From assembly GCA_904063045.1 (NCBI GenBank), contig CAJFCJ010000025.1, forward strand, positions 744,001 through 808,000: a stretch of DNA of 64,000 nucleotides, in the 5' to 3' direction. The notes under the pieces are model-generated. The model was not told the origin of the DNA. It saw only the letters and a program-made list of their open reading frames with translations, and did not search any database. The DNA is from Dimorphilus gyrociliatus (taxonomy: Eukaryota; Animalia; Annelida). Position numbers and translations under genes: made by a program. This document shows positions 25,721 through 38,012 of the stretch, piece by piece (position 1 is the stretch's first letter; each line of letters starts with the position of its first letter).

Positions 25721-25755
25721 AAGAAGAAGAAGAAAAGAAGAAGAAGAAGAAGAAG
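25721..25755. repeat. Imperfect (AAG)n microsatellite
   Basis: Read directly. A similar tract lies at about 35383-35405. Confidence 0.9.
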
Positions 25756-26622
25756 TCTTGCAACCCTAACCCTAAGATTTGTTTAATTTGATGACAAAGT
25801 CTTGAAAACAGTTACCAATCTTCCTTGTAGTATACTGAATTTTTTATGTTAATTTATTACTTTATAACTTGTTTTTCCCTCTCCAACAACAATATAATAG
25901 GGAATATAACGCAATAAATATTCCCTATATCATACCTCCCTCAATTTTTATACTTGGTCACATGATTTCAAAATGTCATATAGCTAATGCTCAAATAAGG
26001 TAAAAATATTTTTTTTACATTATACTTAAATAAATGATTTTGAAAAGATAATAAAATACATATTATAAAGTTCCATGAAATTCTATAGGTAATCTAAATA
26101 AAAGTTTAAAATTGATGAGAATAATACAAAGCCCGCCCATATTTACTTTTCTGATAAAAAAAAGGAAATCTGCTTTCACTAATATAGATTTTTATCCTTT
26201 ATTTATTTCGATTAAGTAATAGGAGATTCTTACAAATTCACTATGTAGAGGAAAAATTTTATCGATATTATGGTAAGTTGTATAAAACTTTTGTCCTATA
26301 AGTGGATAAAAGTATGTTGAAGGGGTTTACAAACAGGTCTTTCATTTTAAAAATCGAAAATCTTTAGTCAGTTATCGCAAAAGTCCATTAAGATTTGAGC
26401 GTTTATTTTTCCACGCTTATCATTCTTAAATTATATATAAATGCTTTGTGATGTTTATTAATTAGATTGTTGCACAGACAGATAAATAAAACGTAAAATA
26501 ATATCAAGAAGTTTGTAGGTCAAAGTTCTTGTTCGAAATTATAACCTTAGTCTGAGTCTATAGCTTCTGAGGGAAAGTAGTCTTGATCCAGTATACTAAC
26601 ATACATTTATGTAAATTTATTA

Positions 26623-27396
26623 TTAATTAAAGGGTGTTGATTCACACGCAAAAGGAGCCGCATAGCTGCTGGTACTAACATCAATCCAACCTCCTGTGTA
26701 TTTGATTGAAACACCATCCTCATCTCCATTTAAGCTATTGGGTTCATCGTTTTCCCAGCAGCAATTTGTTGCCAATCTCTTTCCGGTCCTATCCCAAATA
26801 AATGACCCTTCTTGAAGCTCATCATTGAGCCCTATAAGGAGAGAACCACCAAAACCGTTTGCTATTAAAAAGTTGTGTTTCTCAATCGTCTCGGCACTGG
26901 CTAATGTTTGAATTCTATCTTTACATATTTTTCGAGCACCGACTAAGTTTGTATTAACTGGATGGAAATAAAAACAACTATTCTGAAATGATATTTCATC
27001 CGATCGACAATTTTTAACTTTACAAACATCTGATAAACATTCAGTAGAACAAGCTTGAGAATTCTGAGAATCGAGATTAAAGACATGTATATCTCCCGCA
27101 TAAATTTCCATTGGTTTTTGCTCTCCTCCGTGAAATAGCCTGCATTCACTAGTCTTAAAGCTGAAAAAACGGCAATTTTCCATTTTCATACATTTGTAAC
27201 TGCAACTACCAGTGGAAAATTCCTCAAGTTTTATCATGTAGTCAACTTTATCCAGAAATTCTAAAGTAGTTCTATACGATTCCAAAAGCCATTGACGATG
27301 ACAAACTGTTGCGTGAGTGAATAGGTTACAAGAAAGTAATAAATAGAGGAGGAGAGCGTATTTTGAAGAGTACATCCCTCCACACCAAATATGCAT
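26623..27396 (-). CDS. Secreted PAN/apple-like + C-type lectin domain protein, single exon (second Met at 27375 is an alternative start)
   Basis: Signal peptide (YALLLYLLLSCNLFTHA). PAN-like CSYKCMKMENCRFFSFKTSECRL. CTLD: FQNSCFYF..ARKICKDRIQTLA..LLIGLNDELQEGSFIWD..W..DEPN..WID..FACE. Confidence 0.85.
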   Translation of the reverse strand: MHIWCGGMYSSKYALLLYLLLSCNLFTHATVCHRQWLLESYRTTLEFLDKVDYMIKLEEFSTGSCSYKCMKMENCRFFSFKTSECRLFHGGEQKPMEIYAGDIHVFNLDSQNSQACSTECLSDVCKVKNCRSDEISFQNSCFYFHPVNTNLVGARKICKDRIQTLASAETIEKHNFLIANGFGGSLLIGLNDELQEGSFIWDRTGKRLATNCCWENDEPNSLNGDEDGVSIKYTGGWIDVSTSSYAAPFACESTPFN

Positions 27397-27980
27397 ATAT
27401 GTTTAAAAGTTTGTGTAGCGACTAATTGAAAGATCGTTATTCAAAATGCTTGTTATTGAACGAAAGAACTTACAAACGGAAAATCTTTTGTCTAAACGGA
27501 AAAGATACTAGATCAATATCAATGAATCGCTTAAAAAACAAGGATCAATTCATTTTTTATCTATTGTATCCAAAAGTTACTAGAGACTAAAAGAAATATT
27601 CGAAATATCTGTTCTGAATAATGAGATTATTTATCTTGATTCTCTCGAAAACTATGTCAAAAAATGTGAATTATTTGCTTGAATTTATTCATTTTTTTAA
27701 ACGTTACAATTGAATATACATATAATATCTATATATACTGTATATAGATAGATATATAGATATTTGTTGTTTTCTTTTTTATGGTTGACTTTTTTTCTCT
27801 AGTTCTTTATTCATTAAAATTCTAGTTTTCTGCAAGAAGACAAAAAAAAACCAACAAGCACATGTTTCCTTTTTTTAATGGGAAAATAGAACATCTAGAT
27901 AAAAGGAAAAAATTAGAATTATGCATGAAATATTTTTTAAAATAGCACACGGAAGTAAAAACCGTTCACTATAATTACAG

Positions 27981-30900
27981 TCAGCTTATCATCGTACAAT
28001 TATCGCATTTAGTCAAATCCGAGCATTCTGTGCACTTTGCTTGTTCCTGGATAACGTTCAAATTTAAATTTGGATTCTTCATAAGCTTCTCCAGTTCGTT
28101 ATGCATCCTAATCGTTATCACTTGCGATTTTGGTGCAGGCTGAGGAGGGGGCGGAAGGGTTGGGGGAGGAGGTTGCATTACAACAACAGATTTTGACTGC
28201 ATCATATGCACATTGGGAGCTTGATTATGTAAGTTGGTTTGGTTGGCGACAACCGGCATGAGGAGAGGGGTTCTTAGAGGAGCTGAAGGAGAGGAAACTT
28301 TTCCCAAGACTTGTTCCATTATTACTTGCGATCGTTGCGTATCAACTGGACCCCCTCTATTCTTTAGTTGCTGACGTTTTTTCGCCATCATTTGGGCTTT
28401 GATTTGTGCTAGAGTTCGGGTGGAGCCGTGCGGAAACTGTTGTTCATCTGGTGGAGCGGCACTGGCTTGCAGGGGACTACTTCCTTTCTTTGCCGAAGTT
28501 AAACATTGGAGTATAGCCGAGTGTGATCTAGCTGAAGGGGTTGCAACAGGAGATGTTGTTACGGGAGCTAATGGTGCAGTTGTGGGGGGTGCTACTGTCC
28601 AAGCGTTTTTACTGCTTTCCTTTTTGATATGAACTTTGACATTGGATTGAAGGAGGCTGCGGATGGTGCTATTCCTATCCTTAGTCGTGGGTGTAACTTC
28701 TGGAGGTGGCGGAGGAGGAGGAGGAGGAGGAGGAGGGGGAGGAGGGGGAAGTTGAGGACTTGGTGGAGAAGGCGAGGGAGTAGGAGTAGATATTGAATTG
28801 GGAGAAAGAGAGTAGGGTTTCGTTTCTGGAGGTGTAGGCGAAGATTTCTCTTCAATGGGGGATGGGCTATGAGACATAGATGGAGCTATTACTTCAGGCA
28901 CTTTCGTTATGTTCTTTATGCGTATTGGTGGAACAACTTTCTTCTTCCTGGGCGAAACTTCAGCTTTCGGCTTATTAGAACTCGGAGATTTTTTCCGTTT
29001 CTTTTTCTTTGATCTAGTTTTTAACGGAGTTTGCGGGCTAATCTCTGTCAACTCTTGCTCAGCGTCTGATGGTGATTTCTTGGTTTGCTGTTTCAATAGG
29101 AATTAAATTAAATATTGATATGTTAGGGAAATTTATTAGCACAAACCTTTTCTGTTACAGTCGGCATTTCTTCAAAAATAGAATTTAAACACTTTTTACC
29201 ATAGACCGGCTCAAAGAATTTCTTTTTCCAATCATCAACAGTGATGACATCTGCTTGTTTTTGATCCTCTTCTAATTTTGATTGATTTTCTGGTGTGAAT
29301 TCACCGCTTTTTAACCGTTGACGCCATTCGACGCAAGATTTATTAAAAAACTCATTGTTTAGGGCAGTAGAAGCAACTCTATTTGAGGGTTAAATAGAAG
29401 TATGTATATAGATGTATATAGATTTATTCGTAAGGATAAATTCTTACCGAATGCTGTTATCAGCAGCTCGAGTTCTATCGCATTCAGGTAATTCCTTTAT
29501 GAGTTGATGTTGAGCTGCTGCAGACAAGAGACCAAGCGTATGGCGATTTAGAAGATTCTGTAAAGACGGGAGAGATATGCATGAATATTCATATATATAT
29601 ATATATATTTATAGTAGTAATCTATTCCTTTCATTTATTTATCATCGGTTTTTTATCAAAAAACAAAAGAAAATAGATATTTATAAATAAAATGGAATAA
29701 AATAATACGTGTTATTCTCTTCACCTACGCCACAGGAATTTTGAAATTGTTTGCAGTGTTTAAGTATTATCTATCATTATTTCTATTATTTCACTAATGC
29801 AACTGTAAAATCCTTAGCTTTGTTTAGTAATGTAAAAAAAATAAATAACTTATTAGAAAAAGAGTGAATTCAATAATTAATATTGTTAATAATTTATTGA
29901 AAAACGTCGTTTATTGGAATTATCTTTAGAAACTAAGTATATTTTCTTTTTAATTGTAATCTTTAAATTATTCTTTTAATAAATAAAATACTCACTCTAA
30001 GATTAATATTGGTTAAGATTGAGTTGGGCGATGTTAAATTCACTTGACCGCTGTCCATTTCTTCCAATTGAGCAGATGCTGACAAGCGTTTTGAAGCTTT
30101 CCTTTTAGGCTGTAAAGTAAAATAGAATACATAACAAAAACGTTTGATATAGATAGTATAGTCAGTGTTATAAAATGATACTCGTTATTTCTTATAGGCA
30201 TTAGCATCCTCTTACTTAATAAAACTAATGAATTATTTAATTATAAATAAAATAATCAGTTATTTATTAAATAAAAGACGATAAAGCTTTTCTAATGGAA
30301 TATTCTTAGAATAATAATATATATGTTCCAACATTAATTCGATTATAGAGTATTATAAATGAATTAAAAGTATATGTTGACGATATTACGATATATTAAA
30401 GATTTATTGTGAAAAATAACAGTTTTTTTTTTCTTTAAAAATACACCGCAGTTTACTTTCTCTTTATTTACGGTCGAACTACCATAACAGTTTGATTAAT
30501 AATTTAAAAAAGCATGACTGCAATACGAAATCGTACGTCGGTACGGTACATCGGCCGTGAGAAAAAAAAATTAATCAGTTGTCCATTATTTAGGACATTA
30601 GAAGATGCTTTAAGAGACATTCGCTTTCCCTTTTATACTTTGCTTCAAAGGCTATAAGAAATATTAATAAGCTTAAATAAAAACATTAAAATAATCTAAA
30701 GATGTTAATTTAATGGATTTATATAAAAATTATGTAGGTATATAGTATATATTAAAAAAAGCTGAACCATCTGTTGAGCAAATTTTTACGACATAAGTTA
30801 GAGATTAAAAATGTGAATATATACTCGTTGTTTACACGAATTGAGGGATAGACGGAAATATATATATATAGTATATATATATAGTATATGTACAAGCAAT

Positions 30901-31325
30901 AAAAAAATCTATAAAGACAAAAAAAGGAAGTATTTTAATAGATAAACAATAAAATAAAAAAATGTAGTAATTTTGTATTGTTTTTTTATTGTTATTATAC
31001 TTTTTTGTACGAAACCATTCAATTGCACAAGAAAGATTTGTCATTACATTTATTATATTATCATAATTATACTGGGAATCGATTCCTATAAACGTTAATT
31101 AAAATATATTTACTAACCAAACTGACGGTATTTCACTTAGTCACTTGATTTTTTACATTAAACTTGAATTTAAATTTAAATTTTTACATTAATAATTAAA
31201 ATATTTATGAAAAAAACCTATTCGATGACTCAAACATCAAAGAGACCGATTATTTGTTTACATACCATTTGACAATTTTCCAACATTGGACGAGTCTGAG
31301 CTTTCCGTTTTCGCTTGTCGGACAT
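27981..31325 (-). CDS. ASXL: Additional sex combs (Asx/ASXL)-like, miniaturised to about 540 aa: DEUBAD domain, Pro/Ser-rich region, C-terminal Cys4 motif
   Basis: Exons 31325-31266 (tentative first exon), 30109-29996, 29557-29448, 29378-29147, 29087-27981; phases are consistent. DEUBAD: GQVNLTSPNSILTNINLRNLLNRHT..LPECDR..ALNNEFFNKSCVEWRQRLKSGEFTPE..DDWKKKFFEPVYG. Confidence 0.88.
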
Positions 31326-31834
31326 CTTAGATATTTTTACGTCGTAAATATTTCCAAAGCTTTGCTCGATCACTGCAAATATTTAGATTTTAAGGGGATT
31401 TTGCGTCTTCCTTCATGATGCTTGAGAACTTTGATTGAAAATATTAGGATGCGTTAGAGTAATTTCATAAATTAAAAAAACAGTTATGACATTCTGTATA
31501 AATAATCAGACACCATTTTGAAAATTGCTTTGTTGTATGGCTCCTTAGTCTGGTTTCAAACCATAGGGCGGCGCTATGCTTTCGTTATTTATGGTGCTAC
31601 TATAAACCGTGTCTGGTCGACAACACTGTTGTTTTGCATAGAATTAATCATAAATACCTGGAAACGACGGGCTCACTTCTTATATTTCAAACTCTTGTTT
31701 GATTAAACGACCATTCTTTAAATAGAATTTTAGCTCTTCAACTATAGATTAAATGGAATATTTTATTTTAATTTTCCTACACCAGAGAGATTAAATATTA
31801 TATGAGAAGTTTATTCTAAAAGCTCTACAATTGT

Positions 31835-31848
31835 CCGCCATCTAAGTG
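31835..31848 (-). promoter_or_regulatory. CTCF/YY1-like motif CACTTAGATGGCGG
   Basis: AGATGGCG core between Asx and Amt. Confidence 0.35.
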
Positions 31849-33825
31849 AGAATAGATTAGTTATAGAATTTTATTTAGTTATCAAAACTAGTAAGAAACC
31901 TCTGGTCTATTACAAGATTTAACGAGCGTATAGTAATTAATTAAACGGAATACGTGAGCATCATTTAATTTACAATAGATCACTGTTGTTAATTTTATAA
32001 ATAGTTGGAAGTGGTTACTAATTATAATATAAGAAATCAGAATCAAGTAATTTTAAAAGGTTCTTTGAGTCACATGTCACGACCAAGTGCTTAGCGTTAC
32101 CAGAATTTACGATATATACAGAATATGTAGCCAGTCTATCATCATCCGGGCAATCCTAATATTGAACTTTTAGCAATAAGAACCATTTTTAAAATTACGT
32201 TTTGTTAATAGAAAAGATAAATAGATTATAATAAAATTTAGAAATGAACTTGGAAGACTTTAACTTGATTTATTTATTTATTAAATGTAATGATCAATTG
32301 ATTTTTTATATTATTGAACTAGTAATTTCATTTTTTATCATTCGAACATCTTATTATAAATGCCAAAAATATAATTATCCTGTATTAATATTTATAAACT
32401 AATTAGAATATTTCAATGCAACTAATGACCTAAAAGTCAATTAATTGAAAGTTATCAGTATATGAAATCGTGCTTGAAGTTTATTTTAAATTATAAGTGA
32501 ATTATAATGAAAGAGGTAGAAAAGAGAAAGATTATTCCTACATTATAGATATTTTCATTATAATTAGTCTAAAAATAGCTATTTAATTAATAAATTAATC
32601 AATAAATTGATTGATATAAACATAAAAAGAAAAATCATCAACTAATATATGAAAAAAAGTTTACATTTATTAAATGAGATTTAATTTTTTTCAAGTAACC
32701 TCATTTGTTTATCTTTGTTTATTGCAACTAAATTTATAGTAAAGCATATAGAAGTCTATTGAGATTTCTCAATTAACGCATCAGGCTTACTATAAAAGAG
32801 CTATTTATAAATAGACAGTTGGTAATTATAAACTAACAAAATGTACAACTCGTACATAAACTAAACTGGTAAAATTTCGTTGAAATTTCTATTAAATATT
32901 TGAATATAAAGAGTAAAAAGAAAATGAACAAAAGAGGAAAAGAATAATCTTTATTATTATTAGTATACAATGTATAAAATGTACGAATGAGACGCCTTTG
33001 TTAAAGCTTTTTTAACATTCCACGAATCATTACTTTTGTTTTTTTTTCCTACTCAAAGCTTAATGATCTTAATTGCAAAAATAAAAGGTATGGAGGAAGA
33101 GAAAAAGAAGAAAAAAAATCCAGATAATTCGTTTAACGGGAAAGAGTCAATGGTTTCTTTTCTCTGGAGGCAAATTTAGTCAAAAACTTTTACATTTATT
33201 AGAATAATATATGTAATTATCGAAACAAATTGGAGAATTTTACCCTGAGGACTATAACTGAAGAAAAAACACACTTTTCTTATGTTTTAAGTCATGATTT
33301 TTGTCTAATTTCTCTTTAATTTTATCTTCTTTCAACTTTTTTCATTTTCAAAATCAGTTTTAAACGCACAAGTTTGAAAAGACGAATTAGATGTTTTGAA
33401 CAGAAAATAATTGATATGAATGGTACAAGTCGAATAAAAAATATACTACTACTACTACTATTACTACTATTATTATTAATATTAATATTATAAACAAATA
33501 TGACTTAATTTCTCTAGTTTTGTGTAGATTATTAACAATTGTACAAAATATATTGTCGATTTTATGATGTGGAAGTAATGATTTCACCTTATTTTTTCAT
33601 CATCTCTTATTTTACTTAGAATAAGAAAAATTCTTTCAATTAAATGATGTTAAAAAATAAAATAAATATAAAGGCTCTTTGGTTATTATGTAAAATTTCA
33701 AGTATGAACTTTTCATATTGTTCCCTTCTTTTTGTTTCCAAAGGTTTGGCCAGAATAGTGTGGTGAGTGTGAGTGAAGGATCGTCTTAGTTAGTCATTTG
33801 GTGTGAGAGAAAAAATATTGTCTTC

Positions 33826-36614
33826 CTAAACACCGTTAACTGGATGATCTATTTCACGATTATTAGTATGATTGATTTCTTCATTTTCATCAAATGCACC
33901 ATTAAGATGTCCATTAAATGAAACGTTAGCTCGAACTCCGAAGCTTGACCTACGTAATACAAGTCTAGATACGTTAGGAAGTTCATTAGCTTCAGAGTTT
34001 GTTCGTCTGGCAAGATATTCCATAATTGCAATTGAATTTTCTGTTAGGATACGATCTTTATCGATTCCGTGCTCGATAAAATCTGCTCCGAGTTTTTCGT
34101 CGTGCTCACTCATCCTTAGTCCGATTGCTCTTCTTATAATCCATAGAGTAACAAAAGACGTTGTGCCACTCCAAATAAAAATAGCGACAATCGCTAAGAG
34201 TTGAACTCCCAATAGATAAAAACCACCACCGTGAAATAATCCAGCCCTACCTCTTGTTATATCCTCTATAGTATCAATGTCTACGAATAGACCAACTGCA
34301 ATCATACCCCAAACTCCACCAACTCCGTGAACAACGAACGCACCAACAGGATCGTCAATTTTCAAGAGGTTCATGATTGGCACAAAAGCTAAACTTAAAA
34401 CAGCTCCTACAGCTCCAATTATAATTGCTTCCCAAGGCCTTATGGCAGCACAACTAGCTGTGACACTGACTAAAGAGGACAAAATACTATTAACCATATC
34501 AAAAACTATGTATTTCCTCTTATTAATCACATAACTGAGTAGCATACCAGCTACACCTCCACCCATCGAAGCCGTTATCGTTGTTACAGCCGTTCTATAA
34601 GGACAAAATAACCTTCAATAATAAAGAATGATAATATCATATCTCTGTGAATATTATAATAAACGGTTAGTTTTTTTCTAATACAACAGAATTTAGTTAA
34701 TTTCAAAAGGTTACTAAATTAGATTCTTTGAAGTGGAATTGATATACTGTATATTAACTCTGAACAATTATTAAGTAGTTATTTCCATAATATACCTTCA
34801 TAATCATTAATTATATCAATTTTAAAATATTAAACCGGTAGACATTAATAAAATGAAAATTTTAATATGAGTTTAAAAGAAAATCAAAATGAGGGGAGAA
34901 TGATGGGGATGATGAGGAGAAAGAAGAGTAATGAGGCTAATGTTTTGCTGAGTACATATAAATATACAGGACATACTAATATATTTGTATATACATATAC
35001 AAATATTGTTATGGTTTATTAAATTTAATATGAAGGAACTTACAACTAATAACTAATATTACTTTGTTGTAACGTGTCAAAAAGAGTCTTGTTATTTGAT
35101 TTTAGCAGCCATTGTATTTTGCTCCCACATGCTACAGCTTTCTCTGACTCCTTGAAGCTTTATTTTACTCTCTACAGTTTTTTGTTTAATTAGACGCAGA
35201 AATATCAATATTAATCCTCTATAAAAAAGATAGGGGAGATAGAGAGGTAGAGAAATGGAGAGCGTGTTGTTATGAGTTCTCATCTTTAACTTTGATCTAA
35301 ACTATTTGTACATATGCTTTTCTTTATGCATACAGAGTAATTTCTCTAATCTCAAAAGATCTATTTTTACGATCATAAGCGAGAAGAAGAAGAAGAAGAA
35401 GAAGAGGCAGAGAGAGATAGGAAAGGGAAAGAACAAAGTTTTTTATTCATAATTTTACTATGTTACAGTTGTTTTTATTCTTTTCTCTCCTTTTAATTTT
35501 TTTTTTTGGTTTTTCACGGAAAGCATCTTTAACCAATCGTGTTAAGTCATACAATATTACACTTATTCTTTTAATAACATTAAGTATATTGAAAATAGCA
35601 AGAGAGGAATAATTGGCTTCTGTACAGTCAGCATATCTGTGTATATTGATTCATATCTGTCTATTTTACGTATATTAGTAGAAGAGTACAAGTTTCATCC
35701 ATGCTACTCTTCAAGGAAAACTTATGAATTGATATTTTAAAGGAGGATATTTCTAATATACTGTATAACATTTTTCAACTATTACTTACTTAGCTGCTAA
35801 AATCCATTTTCCTCCTGATATCCCAAAGGTACTACCGCAATTAAACCCCAGCCAACCCCACCATAACATAAACATACCGATCAGACAGTTTGTTGGATTA
35901 CTGCAATCCATTTTCTTACGATTGTTATCGAATCTATTTAATCTAGGACCAAGCATTACGGCCGCTACCAGCGCTGAAACTGCTCCTAATAAGTGGACTC
36001 CTCCTGAACCGGCAATATCAACAACACCCAACTTTCTCAGGAATCCCCTATCATCCCACAGCCAATGCGCGGGAATACAATAAACATAAGTATTTAACAG
36101 CGAAAAGATAATATAAGCAGATAATTTGGTTCTCTCTGCCATGGCGCCGGACACGATTGTTGTTGCTGTGGTTGCAAAAGATAGCTGGAAGATGAAAGTT
36201 GAGTAGGTAATACCCATTCGTTTATCATTTGGTGTATTAACGAAGAAATGGCCGATACCACAGAAAGTGTTTGAGTATTTATCGTTGCCGTAAGTAAGAC
36301 CATAGCCGAATGCCCAGTAAGTGAGACCGCCGAAAATAACATCAACAGCATTTTTAACCATAATATTAACTTCATTTTTAGAAGAGACACAACCAGCTTC
36401 TAACAGTCCGAAACCTAATTAAAGTCATATCTTGATCTGTACACTCTTCTACGTGTTATATAATATACAGAGAGATCTTACCTGACTGCATAGTAAATAT
36501 AATGAAACTACTTGTCAAAATCCAAGTTGCATCATCCCAAGTAAGTTCTTCGCTAGTAGAAACAGGCATTGTTGTGCTGTTTACAGAAGTATTGCAGCAA
36601 GTGACGTTTTTCAT
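33826..36614 (-). CDS. amt: Ammonium transporter (Amt family, invertebrate Amt3-like), 508 aa
   Basis: Exons 36614-36482, 36414-35790, 34594-33826; total 1527 nt = 509 codons. Motifs: WDDATWILTSSFIIFTMQSGFGLLEAG, KNEVNIMVKN, FQLSFATTATTIVSGAMAER, DIAGSGGVH, MLWWGWLGFNCGS, IDDPVGAFVVHGVGG, EKLGADFIEH. Confidence 0.96.
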
Positions 36615-37955
36615 GGCAGCGCGGTGTTGGAAATTTTGCGCTATTTAGAAAGTTTCAATACGGCGTAAGTTGAAAATGACGATCATTGGTCACAATTTAA
36701 TAGTTAAATGAGCAAGAGGCATTAATTATCGATATATGATTGGATAAAACAGCTTTCATAGAGTAATATATATCTAGGAATTTAATTACCAAGAGAGGAG
36801 AGGAAGAGGCAAGGTTCATTATATATAATTTATCTCCTTTGTTAAAATGAGCTATTGACCCTTAAAACAAGGAAAATATAGGTCGAACTAAATAGTAAAA
36901 GATTATACATATTAACAGTATAAGTTTATATAAATAGATATTTAAAAAGGTAACAATAAATTCAAGATATAGAATCAATAAATAATACAAGAAAGAGAGA
37001 TTTGAACATTACTGTTTTTGAAATAATTACTTAAAATATACCGCAAAGAAAATAATAGCTATAATAAAAACATTAGACAGGTTAGACGGAACGTGTGTGT
37101 GTAAGAGAGAGGAAACGCCAACAGAATATGAATGAGCTAGAGAGACAAAGACTGATGCTGGTCGAAAAAAAGTCATAGTCTGACTAAGGTGTGTGGCGTT
37201 TTGTCTTCTTACCCTTTTTATTATTAAAGTAACCGAATTATAAAATAGAGTATATACACATTAAGAAGAGAATATCCTTAAATTACTTAACATTATCTAA
37301 GTAGATAAAAGGAGTGTTCTGAAATGATTATAGGGAAAGATAAAATTCATATTATGTTCTAATAAATACCAAACAACAATGAACTATTCACCGCGCAATT
37401 ACAGCTTTGAAGTTTTGTATAAGAAAGAAGAGCGCAAGGTTAATAAAGAGAATGTATAACATATATTATATATACTACGGCAATGGAGCTAACAGAGTTT
37501 ACAGTACTTTTATGATTAGTTGTTAAACGTGACAAAACAATGAATTAGAAAAAAATAACAAGTTTTTTCTTTTGCCTTATTAGTATAAATGTTATACTAC
37601 TTCTTTCTTTTTCTTTCTCTCTTTTTACATTTCAAATAATCATTCACTTCTATCTGCCTAGTATTTGTCCTTTTTCTCTCTCCTCATACTATTTGCCATT
37701 GCTATAAGATGATAGTTATCTAAACTTAGAACTGATTATTTTGATAAATTTAGAGTTGTAATTCAAATCAGTTATGAATAAATAATGTATATACATATAT
37801 ATATATACATAAATTTATATCTATATTGTAAGAAACGGAGTTTTATATATGTCACTATAGGTTTTTTCGCTGTTAGATGCCTTGTTGAACAGATGAGCTA
37901 CGGATTCTATGGAAAACAGTTAACACCTACGCCATTTGGTAGATAATCAGGACTG

Positions 37956-37978
<23 letters not shown>

Positions 37979-37988
<10 letters not shown>

Positions 37989-38012
37989 CTGTATATATAC
38001 AGTATATATATA
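37979..38012. repeat. Perfect 34-bp palindrome (TA)n-CTG-(TA)n-CAG-(TA)n at the end of a TA microsatellite
   Basis: tatatatatactgtatatatacagtatatatata equals its own reverse complement. Confidence 0.9.

Noticed and set aside
28399-29106. ORFs antisense to or frameshifted within the ASXL last exon; (GGA)n tract at about 28704-28748
   Set aside because: By-products of Pro/Ser-rich codons; the G-rich tract simply encodes poly-Pro.
35850-35920. Amt first pore His apparently replaced (CSNPTN instead of PHN)
   Set aside because: To my knowledge this substitution is usual in invertebrate Amt3-type proteins, so it is not novel.
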